A stretch of 38,996 nucleotides of DNA, from assembly GCA_039922095.1 (NCBI GenBank), contig JBDSAQ010000001.1, positions 1-38,996 of the forward strand, read 5' to 3'. Below are positions 19,632-28,785 of this stretch, in pieces; the first letter of the stretch is position 1, and every line of letters starts with the position of its first letter. The notes under the pieces were generated by a model that was given only the letters and a program-made list of their open reading frames with translations, was not told the DNA's origin and did no database searches. The translations under genes and the position numbers were made by a program. The DNA is from Ginsengibacter sp. GTDB lineage: Bacteria; Bacteroidota; Bacteroidia; Chitinophagales; Chitinophagaceae.

Positions 19632-20156
19632 ATGCGAAAAGTACCAAAACAAATTCTCATCGAAGTCTTATGGCTTGTCCTGTCTTTGGCAATAACAATT
19701 TTATTTGCTTCATTTCTTTTTGGATGGTCATTTTTACGAAGTGATGTAAACATACACCTGCACGACACCTATTTTGTTATTTCACGTTGGTTGATTTTAC
19801 CACTAATCTTTTTTCTATTGGTATTTATCGTTTACTTCATAAAGGAGTTTCGTAAATCATTTAGCAGTACACTTGCTAACCGGGTACTCACAGCAACAGG
19901 ATTGATACTTATAGTTTTGCTGACATTTTTAATTCAGTCCTTCTCTCAGTCTTTAATTGGTGGCTGGACTTTGTACCCCCCATTATCAGTACTTGGCCCC
20001 GACAGTATTTCACAGATGACTCAAAACCCGGTTACAAAAGTTATAACTAACTCTTTAATTGTTATACAAATTTTAGTTTTGGTCATGCTTTTATTTGCAG
20101 CTTACCAGTGGGGAGCACACCGTCGGAAAGAAAGCGTTGACTACCAAAAGAGATAG
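19632..20156 (+). CDS. Hypothetical 4-TM protein with COX1-like motifs
   Basis: IHLHDTYFVI and GGWTLYPPLS within a 174-aa membrane protein. Confidence 0.7.
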   Translation: MRKVPKQILIEVLWLVLSLAITILFASFLFGWSFLRSDVNIHLHDTYFVISRWLILPLIFFLLVFIVYFIKEFRKSFSSTLANRVLTATGLILIVLLTFLIQSFSQSLIGGWTLYPPLSVLGPDSISQMTQNPVTKVITNSLIVIQILVLVMLLFAAYQWGAHRRKESVDYQKR

Positions 20157-20194
20157 CCTATGTCTATGCATTTTCAAAATAATATTAGCTATAA

Positions 20195-22576
20195 TTAGTC
20201 TGTGGCATTTCCTAAGGGCTTCTTCAAAAGCTTATGTATCAGGGAATCAAGATAAGGCTGGTAGTGTAACCGTTCATTCATTCGCTCAAGTATGTGTTGA
20301 GAAATAAACCAGTTCATAGCATAAGGTTCTTCAGGCTCATTGTTTGGATTTTCTTTTTTGTCTTTATATAAACTGATTGGATAATAAACGCCCCGTGATG
20401 AATCAATATCAGCCAAAAGATTTACCAACCGGCTGTCGTTTACAGTTGTTTGCTTATCAAAAGCGCCGGCAAGGGTACGCAATGGTGCAGTAAGATCATT
20501 TTGTAAGGGGGATACTTTTTTAAGCGCAGATTCTCCCAAAGGGCTATTTGTAATATGTAAAACTATAAAATGAAGTTTTTTTGCACGTGCCCCAAACGCA
20601 GTGCCTGCGCTATCTCTGTTAATATTTCTTATCACCCTTATCATTTCCTGCACCACACCGGCACCAGAGTTATCAAAGTATCCTCCGTCAACAAAATAGT
20701 TAGGCACAATGCTGTCTTTAATTTTATTTGGGGCTATCTGCTTAGGAAAAATTTTATCAATTCGCCCAGCAGGGCTTAAATAAGGAAATCTTGCTCCCAG
20801 CAATGTGGCAGTACTCAGGCAGATATCTTTCCCTTTTTGCAATAGATTGAGCACATCCACACGGTTATTGAAGTTGGAGCTGTCAATAATTATATTGCTT
20901 ACCACCCCGGGATTGCCATCCTGCATACGGGTAACATTAATGCAAATTACCGGGAGAGTTGATGTGGTTCCTTTGGTTGTAATGAGCGACGAAAACCGCT
21001 GGCTGAAATCCGGCTTTAGAGGATACTCGCTTTTGCTGCTTCCGTCTTCCAGTATCTGGTCAAGTGCAGAAGCACGATCGCCAAAAAGTTTAGTATGAAG
21101 AATAAACTTTAAATAATCAGGGCCAAGCATCCGGGCAAGGGTGTAGGTAAGAAAATCATTTTTTAAATAGCTTCTGGCTGCCGTATCAAGAAGAAAAATG
21201 CTGTTAGGTAACTTCTGTTTCTCACGCAGCAATGAAAAAAATGTTGCATTACCCACACTTCCGCCAGATGCTCCGGAGAGGCAAAACAAATGCTTTGAAA
21301 AATCTCCATGTGTAGTATCATCCAATGTTCCCAGAACAGAGGCGGTCCAGTATCCGGAACGTGAGGCGCCACCATTGGCCATAACAAAATAAACATCATA
21401 CCTGCTGCCGGTATCTATTGCAGCGATACGGTTAGTATCACTCATCCATCTGGCGTAATACTCTTTTATATCCTGCCGTTGCTGAAAAGCAGTGTCAGGC
21501 AGGTTTTTATTAAGATGAAAAGTGCGGATATAGTGTGTTTCCTTTGACGGTATTAAAGCCGCCAATAAAAAAAGAATAAGGTGAAAGTTAACATTGGCAC
21601 GAACAGAAACCGCAGTAATAATATTGAGAACACCAGTAAGCACTGCAAAGGCAAGCAGTACAAAAGGAAATGGCCCTATCGTCCATGAAAAAGGCTTTGA
21701 AATAATAGTTGCCCCATAAACAGCAACACCTGCAATACCGATTATATTGAACCATGTAAAATGACCAAACTCATTAAGTGGAATATGCAGGCGGCTTAAT
21801 AACCGGCAGTTAATCTTTCGTATAAAACGGGGATAACCCTTACCCGCATCACCTTCATCAACATTTTCCATACGCCGCAAATGAATGTAAAAAACAAACA
21901 CCAAATGCAAAATGATCATTACCCAAACAAGCGGCATAAGTAGCCTTTGGTTTAAAAACAGTAATACAATTATGCAGATGCTAAAAAGGATTAAAAGAGC
22001 GTAAAATATCCACCATGTCACCCGCTGGTTATTTTCAAAAAATCTGTCGAGAATATTATTTAAAAAAAGGTAGGCAAAAAATAAAATGATAAAGATGAGT
22101 TTGGCGATACCCGAAGAAAATGCAGGGGCCTCATACACATTCAACTGCAATACTGCAAGCTCAACAATGAGCAAACAACTAAACCCTATTAATCTTGGAA
22201 AACGCTTCAGCCACTTTTCAGGGATCTGAAAATAAATATTGCCGGCAGGGGCCTCAGCATCGCCTTTGACTGCTGTGCTTTTAAACTGCACATGGTGTCC
22301 CTGCTTTTTTGCTACCATATATGCAATTATGCGTGACGAATACCAGGCTGTATAAGTCCAGTAAGCAATAGCGATGAAAAAGAATAGCCTGGCCTGCCTG
22401 TTTTCTGCAAAAGCTATCATCAGATCTTTGCCCTGGCCCAATACCCAAAAACATGCGAATGCTAAAATTAAAAACAGCATAGCCGGAAAAAATACCCAAA
22501 AGCATTTAAACAGGTGAGAAAGGAATGCAAGCAGCCAAAGAATGGTTCGCTTAATGGATGATATAATCTGGCTCAT
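20195..22576 (-). CDS. Membrane-anchored patatin-like phospholipase
   Basis: Multi-TM N-terminal half; GGASRSG, GASGG and DGG patatin motifs. Confidence 0.8.
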   Translation of the reverse strand: MSQIISSIKRTILWLLAFLSHLFKCFWVFFPAMLFLILAFACFWVLGQGKDLMIAFAENRQARLFFFIAIAYWTYTAWYSSRIIAYMVAKKQGHHVQFKSTAVKGDAEAPAGNIYFQIPEKWLKRFPRLIGFSCLLIVELAVLQLNVYEAPAFSSGIAKLIFIILFFAYLFLNNILDRFFENNQRVTWWIFYALLILFSICIIVLLFLNQRLLMPLVWVMIILHLVFVFYIHLRRMENVDEGDAGKGYPRFIRKINCRLLSRLHIPLNEFGHFTWFNIIGIAGVAVYGATIISKPFSWTIGPFPFVLLAFAVLTGVLNIITAVSVRANVNFHLILFLLAALIPSKETHYIRTFHLNKNLPDTAFQQRQDIKEYYARWMSDTNRIAAIDTGSRYDVYFVMANGGASRSGYWTASVLGTLDDTTHGDFSKHLFCLSGASGGSVGNATFFSLLREKQKLPNSIFLLDTAARSYLKNDFLTYTLARMLGPDYLKFILHTKLFGDRASALDQILEDGSSKSEYPLKPDFSQRFSSLITTKGTTSTLPVICINVTRMQDGNPGVVSNIIIDSSNFNNRVDVLNLLQKGKDICLSTATLLGARFPYLSPAGRIDKIFPKQIAPNKIKDSIVPNYFVDGGYFDNSGAGVVQEMIRVIRNINRDSAGTAFGARAKKLHFIVLHITNSPLGESALKKVSPLQNDLTAPLRTLAGAFDKQTTVNDSRLVNLLADIDSSRGVYYPISLYKDKKENPNNEPEEPYAMNWFISQHILERMNERLHYQPYLDSLIHKLLKKPLGNATD

Positions 22577-22820
22577 ACAAACTGTTTGAATGAAACGGTA
22601 TGTAAAATAATCTTTTCATTTTTTAAATACAACACTTCGGCATCAGATTTTCTCTAACTTAAAAGTGTATCGTACTACAGAAAGACAAGCCGTGAAATTT
22701 TCTGATACTCATGACTGATCCGGAAAGATAACAGGGAAGCATAAATGTATACTCCTGTTATTCATATTTTATTATGATACGAGCACAGGAAAAAGCATTA
22801 ATCTTTTTGATAAGAAAAAA

Positions 22821-23918
22821 TTATAGATCAGGATCATAATCATATGGCAACATATCCGCTGTTTTTTTAAAGCCCCAGTAGTCATTTGCAGTTATATCTT
22901 TCTGATCATAGTAATACCCATTTTCTTCTATAATAATTGATTCGCCGGGAGTGATATTGAGCGTGGAAACCTGGAATGTTTTATTTGCTTTTGGTTCTAA
23001 ATCAATATACGCCTGTTCAGGTTTATCGTTATTATATATTATAGCTATATCATACTGGTTAGGTTTAAATTCAACGGTATTGGTACTATCATCTTTTGTA
23101 TAATTTAAAGCGCTATAAATATTTTTAAGAGGAATAGAAGTTTCCCGGTTATTGTTTTTTACAATAAACTGCACTTCAAATCCTTCTTCATCTAATGTTT
23201 TATCAAAGAGACTTCTCATAAAATGTAACTGTGAGCCCATGTAAGCCTGCAGCCTGTTTTGAAGCCATATTGCGTGTTGATCCGCTGTTCCCTGCATTTC
23301 TTCAAATAACGGATACCCTGTAAACTGAGTTATTTTATCATTGTATTCATAAGTGAATGAATCTATTGCAAACGTTATTTTATAACCTAAAGCATTATTC
23401 ATTACAACTAAAGGCTCATTGGAAACAACCCTTAAACGATTTCTTTTTTTACTAAAAAAGAACTTCAGTACTTCAGGATTTTTAATAATGCATTGCTGAC
23501 TCATCCTGGTTCTGCCAATAAAATTTTCAGTAAAGAATGAACCATATTTTTGCCAGCCATCTTTCACTTCATTGGAGACGACGATTGACACCTCTTCCAT
23601 TGATCTCTCTTTTGGCTTTACTTCAATTACCATATTTTTATTATCATCAGATGCAGTTGTAATACGAATGTTTTCAGTTTCATATCCTGTAAAAGTTACT
23701 ATCAATTCATACCCGCCGTTTGGTAACTTTAATTTGAAATTTCCATCTGCATCAGTTGCAACTCCAAAGGTTGTGTTTTGAGCAAATACAGATGCACCAG
23801 CTAATGGTAGTGTTGAATTTTTATCAATCACTTTACCCGTTACTGTATAAAATGAAGCTTGTGCAAATACATGAGAGGTAAAAAAAAGAAACGATAATAC
23901 AAACAGAAAAAGTTTCAT
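22821..23918 (-). CDS. Carboxypeptidase-like regulatory domain-containing protein
   Basis: VTGKVID...PLAGASV...TDADGNF N-terminal domain; LPYDY C-terminus. Confidence 0.85.
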   Translation of the reverse strand: MKLFLFVLSFLFFTSHVFAQASFYTVTGKVIDKNSTLPLAGASVFAQNTTFGVATDADGNFKLKLPNGGYELIVTFTGYETENIRITTASDDNKNMVIEVKPKERSMEEVSIVVSNEVKDGWQKYGSFFTENFIGRTRMSQQCIIKNPEVLKFFFSKKRNRLRVVSNEPLVVMNNALGYKITFAIDSFTYEYNDKITQFTGYPLFEEMQGTADQHAIWLQNRLQAYMGSQLHFMRSLFDKTLDEEGFEVQFIVKNNNRETSIPLKNIYSALNYTKDDSTNTVEFKPNQYDIAIIYNNDKPEQAYIDLEPKANKTFQVSTLNITPGESIIIEENGYYYDQKDITANDYWGFKKTADMLPYDYDPDL

Positions 23919-23940
23919 AATACTTTATGGTTATAAGAGC

Positions 23941-24969
23941 CTATAAGGTATGGGTTAATTGCTGTAAAGCTGCACAAGTATCGTTAATTGTTTCCTTAAT
24001 GGGCCTGAATGAAAAACCATGCAAATTTTTTTTAATTTTAGAATTATCGTAGTAAGATTTGTTGAGGGCTTTATGTGCTGTTTCTTTGTTAAGCAAGTGT
24101 TCTTTACCCGTAATAAAACTTTTTAAAGCTTCCATTCTCCAGACCATGCCGGCGATAAATGGAGTTACTTTTTTATGCGGAGCTTTTTTACCAAAGCCAT
24201 TTGCAATATCTGTAAATATCTGTTTGTAAGAAATATTTTCTGCACTTAGTATAAAACGCTGGTTGGTTATTTCACTATCCATTAAAAGAATCATTGCCTT
24301 TACAACATCCCTTACATCAACAAAGCCGGTAATCCCTTGTGAATACCAGGGAAACTCTTCAAAAGCAGTTTTAAATATTTTTGAAGAACTCCTGTTCCAA
24401 TCAGCACCTCCCAGAATTGTAGACGGATTAACTATAACAGCCTGTAATCCTTCGCCTATGCCACGCCATACTTCCATCTCTGCAAGAAACTTGGATCTGC
24501 CATAAAAGCTATTATTATGTTTTTCAGTCCAGGCAGAGTCCTCAGTAATATTTTCCCCTTCATTTGCACTTCCTAAAGAAGCAACAGAACTAACATGCAA
24601 CATTTTTTTTACCCCTGCATTAATACATTCATTCACTACATTAGTTGTGCCTTCAATATTAACAGCATAAACTTCATTTTTTAGTTTTTTACTAAATGAA
24701 ACGATGGCAGCACAGTGATAAACTTTAGTGATCCCTTCCATTGCAGCCTCCAGCATAGATGTATCAAGAATATCGCATCTTACTGCAGTAACATTCTCGC
24801 TTTTAAAATCTGGTAACGGTGTGTGATTGTAGATCGCTCTAACCTTTCTATCTGCTGCTAATAAATGAGTAATTAATTCTGCGCCAACCAGGCCAGAACC
24901 TCCTGTGACTAATGTGATACCCGAATCCTTTAGAGGGTAGTCAGCTGGAGTGTCATTGGGGTCCTTCAT
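23941..24969 (-). CDS. NAD-dependent epimerase/dehydratase
   Basis: TGGSGLVG, HVSS, YGRSK. Confidence 0.92.
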   Translation of the reverse strand: MKDPNDTPADYPLKDSGITLVTGGSGLVGAELITHLLAADRKVRAIYNHTPLPDFKSENVTAVRCDILDTSMLEAAMEGITKVYHCAAIVSFSKKLKNEVYAVNIEGTTNVVNECINAGVKKMLHVSSVASLGSANEGENITEDSAWTEKHNNSFYGRSKFLAEMEVWRGIGEGLQAVIVNPSTILGGADWNRSSSKIFKTAFEEFPWYSQGITGFVDVRDVVKAMILLMDSEITNQRFILSAENISYKQIFTDIANGFGKKAPHKKVTPFIAGMVWRMEALKSFITGKEHLLNKETAHKALNKSYYDNSKIKKNLHGFSFRPIKETINDTCAALQQLTHTL

Positions 24970-25011
24970 TTCAATTTTAAATGTGATTAGTTGTTAGTGA
25001 AATTGCAGAGT

Positions 25012-25872
25012 TTATGAACTTTCCTTTAGGAGATAGGGGTAAAATCCTTTTCCGGTTTTTCTGCCGAGTTCACCATTCCTTACTTTTTCAATTTGTATTG
25101 GTGAAGGTTTTAATCGCTCAGGCTTACCAAGTGCATCATATATACTTTGTGATACCGATAGATTAATATCCAATCCAATAAGATCCATTAATTTAAAGGG
25201 CCCCATTTTAAAGCCAGTGGCTTCCATAACCGCATCTACATTCTCAAAAGATGCAATTCCATCTTGCGCTATTTTCATCCCTTCTAAATAATAATGACGG
25301 GCAATACGGTTAACAATAAAGCCTGGTGCATCTTTGCAAATTACAGGTGTTTTATTCATTTGTATGCAAAGCTTATAAATGGTTTGAGCAACTTCATCGT
25401 TTGTTAGCTCACCTTTAACTACTTCCACCAGTTTCATTAATGTTGCAGGGTTAAAAAAATGCATTCCAATAATCCTTTCAGGGTACAAAATATTTTTTTG
25501 AATTTGAGAGACAGGAATAGAAGATGTGTTAGTGGCAAAAATTACTGCTGCATTATTTACATGGGCAAGCTGGTTGAACAAATCAATTTTGGCCTCAATA
25601 TTTTCTACAATAGCTTCAATGATAAGATCAGCTTTGCATTCATTTATTGTATTTATAAATTTTATACGCCTGGAAATATTTTCTTTATCATCTGAAGAAA
25701 TTTTTTGCTTATCAACTAACTGCTGAAGGTTTTTTTGAATGGAGCCTTTCGCCTTTTCCAAAACTATTTCACTTACATCAAACAAAATTGTGGTGAAGCC
25801 ATTTTGTGCACAGACTTGTGCTATAGAACTTCCCATAGTTCCTGCGCCGCAAACACAAATTGTCTGGATCAT
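25012..25872 (-). CDS. 3-hydroxyacyl/3-hydroxybutyryl-CoA dehydrogenase
   Basis: GAGTMG, ATNTSS, GMHFFNP, PGFIVNR, MGPFKLMDLIG. Confidence 0.93.
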   Translation of the reverse strand: MIQTICVCGAGTMGSSIAQVCAQNGFTTILFDVSEIVLEKAKGSIQKNLQQLVDKQKISSDDKENISRRIKFINTINECKADLIIEAIVENIEAKIDLFNQLAHVNNAAVIFATNTSSIPVSQIQKNILYPERIIGMHFFNPATLMKLVEVVKGELTNDEVAQTIYKLCIQMNKTPVICKDAPGFIVNRIARHYYLEGMKIAQDGIASFENVDAVMEATGFKMGPFKLMDLIGLDINLSVSQSIYDALGKPERLKPSPIQIEKVRNGELGRKTGKGFYPYLLKESS

Positions 25873-25877
25873 GTAAA

Positions 25878-26204
25878 TTATCCTATTTCATTTGCTAATA
25901 ATCTTAATTCAGTATCTGTAATATTTGTCTTTTCTGATTTGTCGCAAATAGAAGCCAGATAAACTCTTGTTTGAATAACCTTACACAAGTTATTATTCTC
26001 GCTCCTCCCTATTTACCCTAGCCTTTTACTTAGTATGCTTATACGGACTTTATAAAAATCTTTCCTTAATGAAGTTCCAATGAAGGGATTTACCTCTAAT
26101 CAGTCATCAATTTTAATAATTCTGACTTTAAGGATGGATATTTTTTTGACCAACTTCTTAAATTCTTTTTCAAAAGCAGATATAGTTCTTATTTCAAAGT
26201 TCAT
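25878..26204 (-). pseudogene. Degraded RelE/HigB-like type II toxin
   Basis: Fragments in shifting frames: MNFEIRTISAFEKEFKKLVKK / YPSLKSE / NPFIGTSLRKDFYKVRISI / GK*GGARII / VYLASICDKSE. Several frameshifts and stops. Confidence 0.8.
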
Positions 26205-26400
26205 TTAAAAATGATTTAGCTGGGCGGCTTTTCATTTTTCCCTCAGAAGCTAATTTTGCCTGGTGCATTCCTTTTGCTACATGCATGATAATGTCTTTTC
26301 TGGAAAAACTATCTTTCACAGAAACAAAATCAAAATTCTTCAACAAATCCAAAAAAAATTTGTATTTCCTTTCTTCAACCTCAAGAACAATTTCTTTCAT
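26194..26400 (-). CDS. Putative antitoxin
   Basis: 68 aa, MKEIVLEV...KFFLDLLKNFDFV...KSFLNEL. Its 3' end overlaps the toxin ATG. Confidence 0.7.
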   Translation of the reverse strand: MKEIVLEVEERKYKFFLDLLKNFDFVSVKDSFSRKDIIMHVAKGMHQAKLASEGKMKSRPAKSFLNEL

Positions 26401-26427
26401 AATCAAATTTAATAAAAGCATTTTACA

Positions 26428-27471
26428 TTATACAGCACCCGTAAACTGCCTTAAAAATCTTAAATCATTTTCACTGAATAACCGTAGATCTTTTATCTGG
26501 TATTTGAGCATGGTTATTCTTTCTATGCCCATACCAAAGGCAAAACCTGAATATTTATTGCTGTCAATTTTGCAATTTTCCAATAGTTTGGGGTGAGCCA
26601 TACCACAGCCCAAAATCTCTACCCAGCCTGTATGTTTGCAAACACTGCAACCTTTGCCTCCGCATATCAAACAGCTAATATCCATCTCAGCACTTGGTTC
26701 GGTAAAAGGAAAATAGGAAGGACGAAAACGAATTCTTACCGCATCACCAAACATCTCCTGTACAAAGAAGTATAACGTTTGTTTAAGATCGGCAAACGAA
26801 ACATTTTCAGCAATGTATAAACCTTCAACCTGGTGAAAAAAACAATGTGCCCTTGCGCTTATCGTTTCATTTCTGTATACCCGTCCCGGGCAAATGATCC
26901 TGATAGGTAAATTACCTTTTTCCATTTCTCTAACCTGTACACTGCTGGTGTGTGTACGCAGCATCCATTCTGTACCGCCTGTGGCGGGATGAGATACATA
27001 AAACGTATCCTGCATGTCCCTTGCCGGATGGTCTTCAGGCAAATTCAATGCAGTAAAATTGTGCCAGTCATCTTCTATTTCCGGGCCTTCTGCAACGGCA
27101 AAACCCAGGCGGTGAAAAATTGAAATGATCCTATTACGCACAATACTAATTGGATGGCGGCTTCCTAAGGGCAATTCATCACCGGGCAAGGTAAGATCAA
27201 TATGGTGTTCCGTTGTTTGCAGGCCATTATTGCTTGTTTGCTTTAATTGCTCATACTTATTTTCGGTAAGTAATTTCAGGTCATTTACTACTTGCCCAAA
27301 GGCTCTTTTATCTCCAGGTGCTAAATTTTTCATTTCAGCCATTACATGCTTAATTACACCCTTTGAGCCGAGATATTTTATACGAAAAGTTTCTGCATTG
27401 GAATTAGTCTGCAAACTGTAATTATTGATTTCTGTTTTATATTCTTCTATCTTTTTAACTAACTCTTCCAT
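26428..27471 (-). CDS. pheS: Phenylalanine--tRNA ligase alpha subunit
   Basis: HPARDMQDTF, LRTHTS, FHQVEG, FRPSYFPFTEPSAE, GFAFGMGIER. Confidence 0.99.
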   Translation of the reverse strand: MEELVKKIEEYKTEINNYSLQTNSNAETFRIKYLGSKGVIKHVMAEMKNLAPGDKRAFGQVVNDLKLLTENKYEQLKQTSNNGLQTTEHHIDLTLPGDELPLGSRHPISIVRNRIISIFHRLGFAVAEGPEIEDDWHNFTALNLPEDHPARDMQDTFYVSHPATGGTEWMLRTHTSSVQVREMEKGNLPIRIICPGRVYRNETISARAHCFFHQVEGLYIAENVSFADLKQTLYFFVQEMFGDAVRIRFRPSYFPFTEPSAEMDISCLICGGKGCSVCKHTGWVEILGCGMAHPKLLENCKIDSNKYSGFAFGMGIERITMLKYQIKDLRLFSENDLRFLRQFTGAV

Positions 27472-27476
27472 ATTTA

Positions 27477-27484
27477 CAAAAATA
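27477..27484 (-). promoter_or_regulatory. Bacteroidota -7 box TATTTTTG before pheS
   Basis: TAnnTTTG match, 5 nt before the ATG. Confidence 0.55.
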
Positions 27485-27581
27485 AGTCACCATTAATTAA
27501 GCATAGCCTGTACAGGAAAAAACTTTTGTGTTAAACCGTAATCTCCCATTTATCTTTTAGGTTTGTTGCAAAATAAAAAGA

Positions 27582-28706
27582 ATGGATGATTTGAGTGGAT
27601 TTCTGGAAAGAATATATATTGCCTCCTTAAATAATGATAAAGATTATAATGATGCTCAATTTGCTAATCACATTTTAGCTTATGAAAATGAATTGCCTGA
27701 TCTTACTGATATTGATATTGTAATACTTGGGGTTAATGATCAGAGAGGTGAGGGTATATATGCACCTGCAGCGGCTTCTGCAGCTATTCGTAAACAGTTA
27801 TATCAATTAAATTACTGGCATACTGATACTAAAATTGCTGACCTCGGAGATATTAAAACAGGCGCTGGTATAGCTGATACTTATGCAGCAGTTAAAATTG
27901 TACTGGCTGAGCTATTGAGCCTTAATAAAATTATTATTTTACTTGGAGGCTCACATGATATAACCTTAGCCCAATATTCAGCCTATAAAGGATTGAATCA
28001 AATAATAGAGGCTTCAGTGATTGATGCTGCTATTGATCTTAAAGGAGACCGGTTTTTAAAAAGTGAAAATTTTTTGATGGAAATGCTTACTTCAGAACCT
28101 AACCATGTACAACATTATAATCACATAGGTTTTCAAAGTTACCTCGTTCATCCGCGAATGCTGGAAACAATGGATAAGCTTCGCTTTGATTGTTACCGTG
28201 TTGGTATAGCAAAAGAAAATATGGAAGAGATGGAACCCGTTATAAGAAATACAAACATGTTAAGCTTTGATATATCAGCTATTAAAAACAGTGATGCACC
28301 TGCCGGTAATTGTTCCCCTAATGGCTTTACGGGTGAAGAGGCTTGTATGCTTTCCCGTTACGCCGGCATGAGTGCCGTTTTAAGCACTTTTGGCATTTAT
28401 GGATATAACCCTGTGAATGATATAAAAGAGTTAACGGCAAAGCAAATTGCACAAATGATCTGGTATTTTATTGATGGCAAAAGCAAAAGCAGGCAGGAAA
28501 CTAAATTTGAAGACAAACATACTTTTAATGAATATAACACAGCCTTTGCCGAAGTACAAACGGTATTTTTACAAAGTAAAAAAACCGGCCGTTGGTGGAT
28601 GCAGCTTCCTAACCAAAAGATGATCGCTTGCAGTTATAAAGATTATTTAAATGCCAGTAATAACCAGGTTCCTGAACGCTGGCTAAGAGCCCAGGAAAGG
28701 ATATGA
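27582..28706 (+). CDS. Arginase/formimidoylglutamase family protein
   Basis: LGGSHD, SFDISAI, SPNGFTGEEAC, and the Bacteroidota C-terminal RWWM extension. Confidence 0.9.
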   Translation: MDDLSGFLERIYIASLNNDKDYNDAQFANHILAYENELPDLTDIDIVILGVNDQRGEGIYAPAAASAAIRKQLYQLNYWHTDTKIADLGDIKTGAGIADTYAAVKIVLAELLSLNKIIILLGGSHDITLAQYSAYKGLNQIIEASVIDAAIDLKGDRFLKSENFLMEMLTSEPNHVQHYNHIGFQSYLVHPRMLETMDKLRFDCYRVGIAKENMEEMEPVIRNTNMLSFDISAIKNSDAPAGNCSPNGFTGEEACMLSRYAGMSAVLSTFGIYGYNPVNDIKELTAKQIAQMIWYFIDGKSKSRQETKFEDKHTFNEYNTAFAEVQTVFLQSKKTGRWWMQLPNQKMIACSYKDYLNASNNQVPERWLRAQERI

Positions 28707-28785
28707 CCCCCACCCACCCTCTCCTAAGGAGACGGAGAATTAAATCCCATTATTCCCAACAATCCCATAAATCACAGTTCAGACA
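28707..28785. repeat. REP-like palindrome plus 9-mer tandem repeat between convergent genes
   Basis: ccctctcc-taa-ggagacgg (28717-28735), then aatcccatt/attcccaac/aatcccata/aatcacagt (28743-28778). Confidence 0.55.

Noticed and set aside
22577-22820. Intergenic hairpin ataacagg...cctgttat as a riboswitch or sRNA
   Set aside because: Single 8-bp stem with no recognisable conserved motif.
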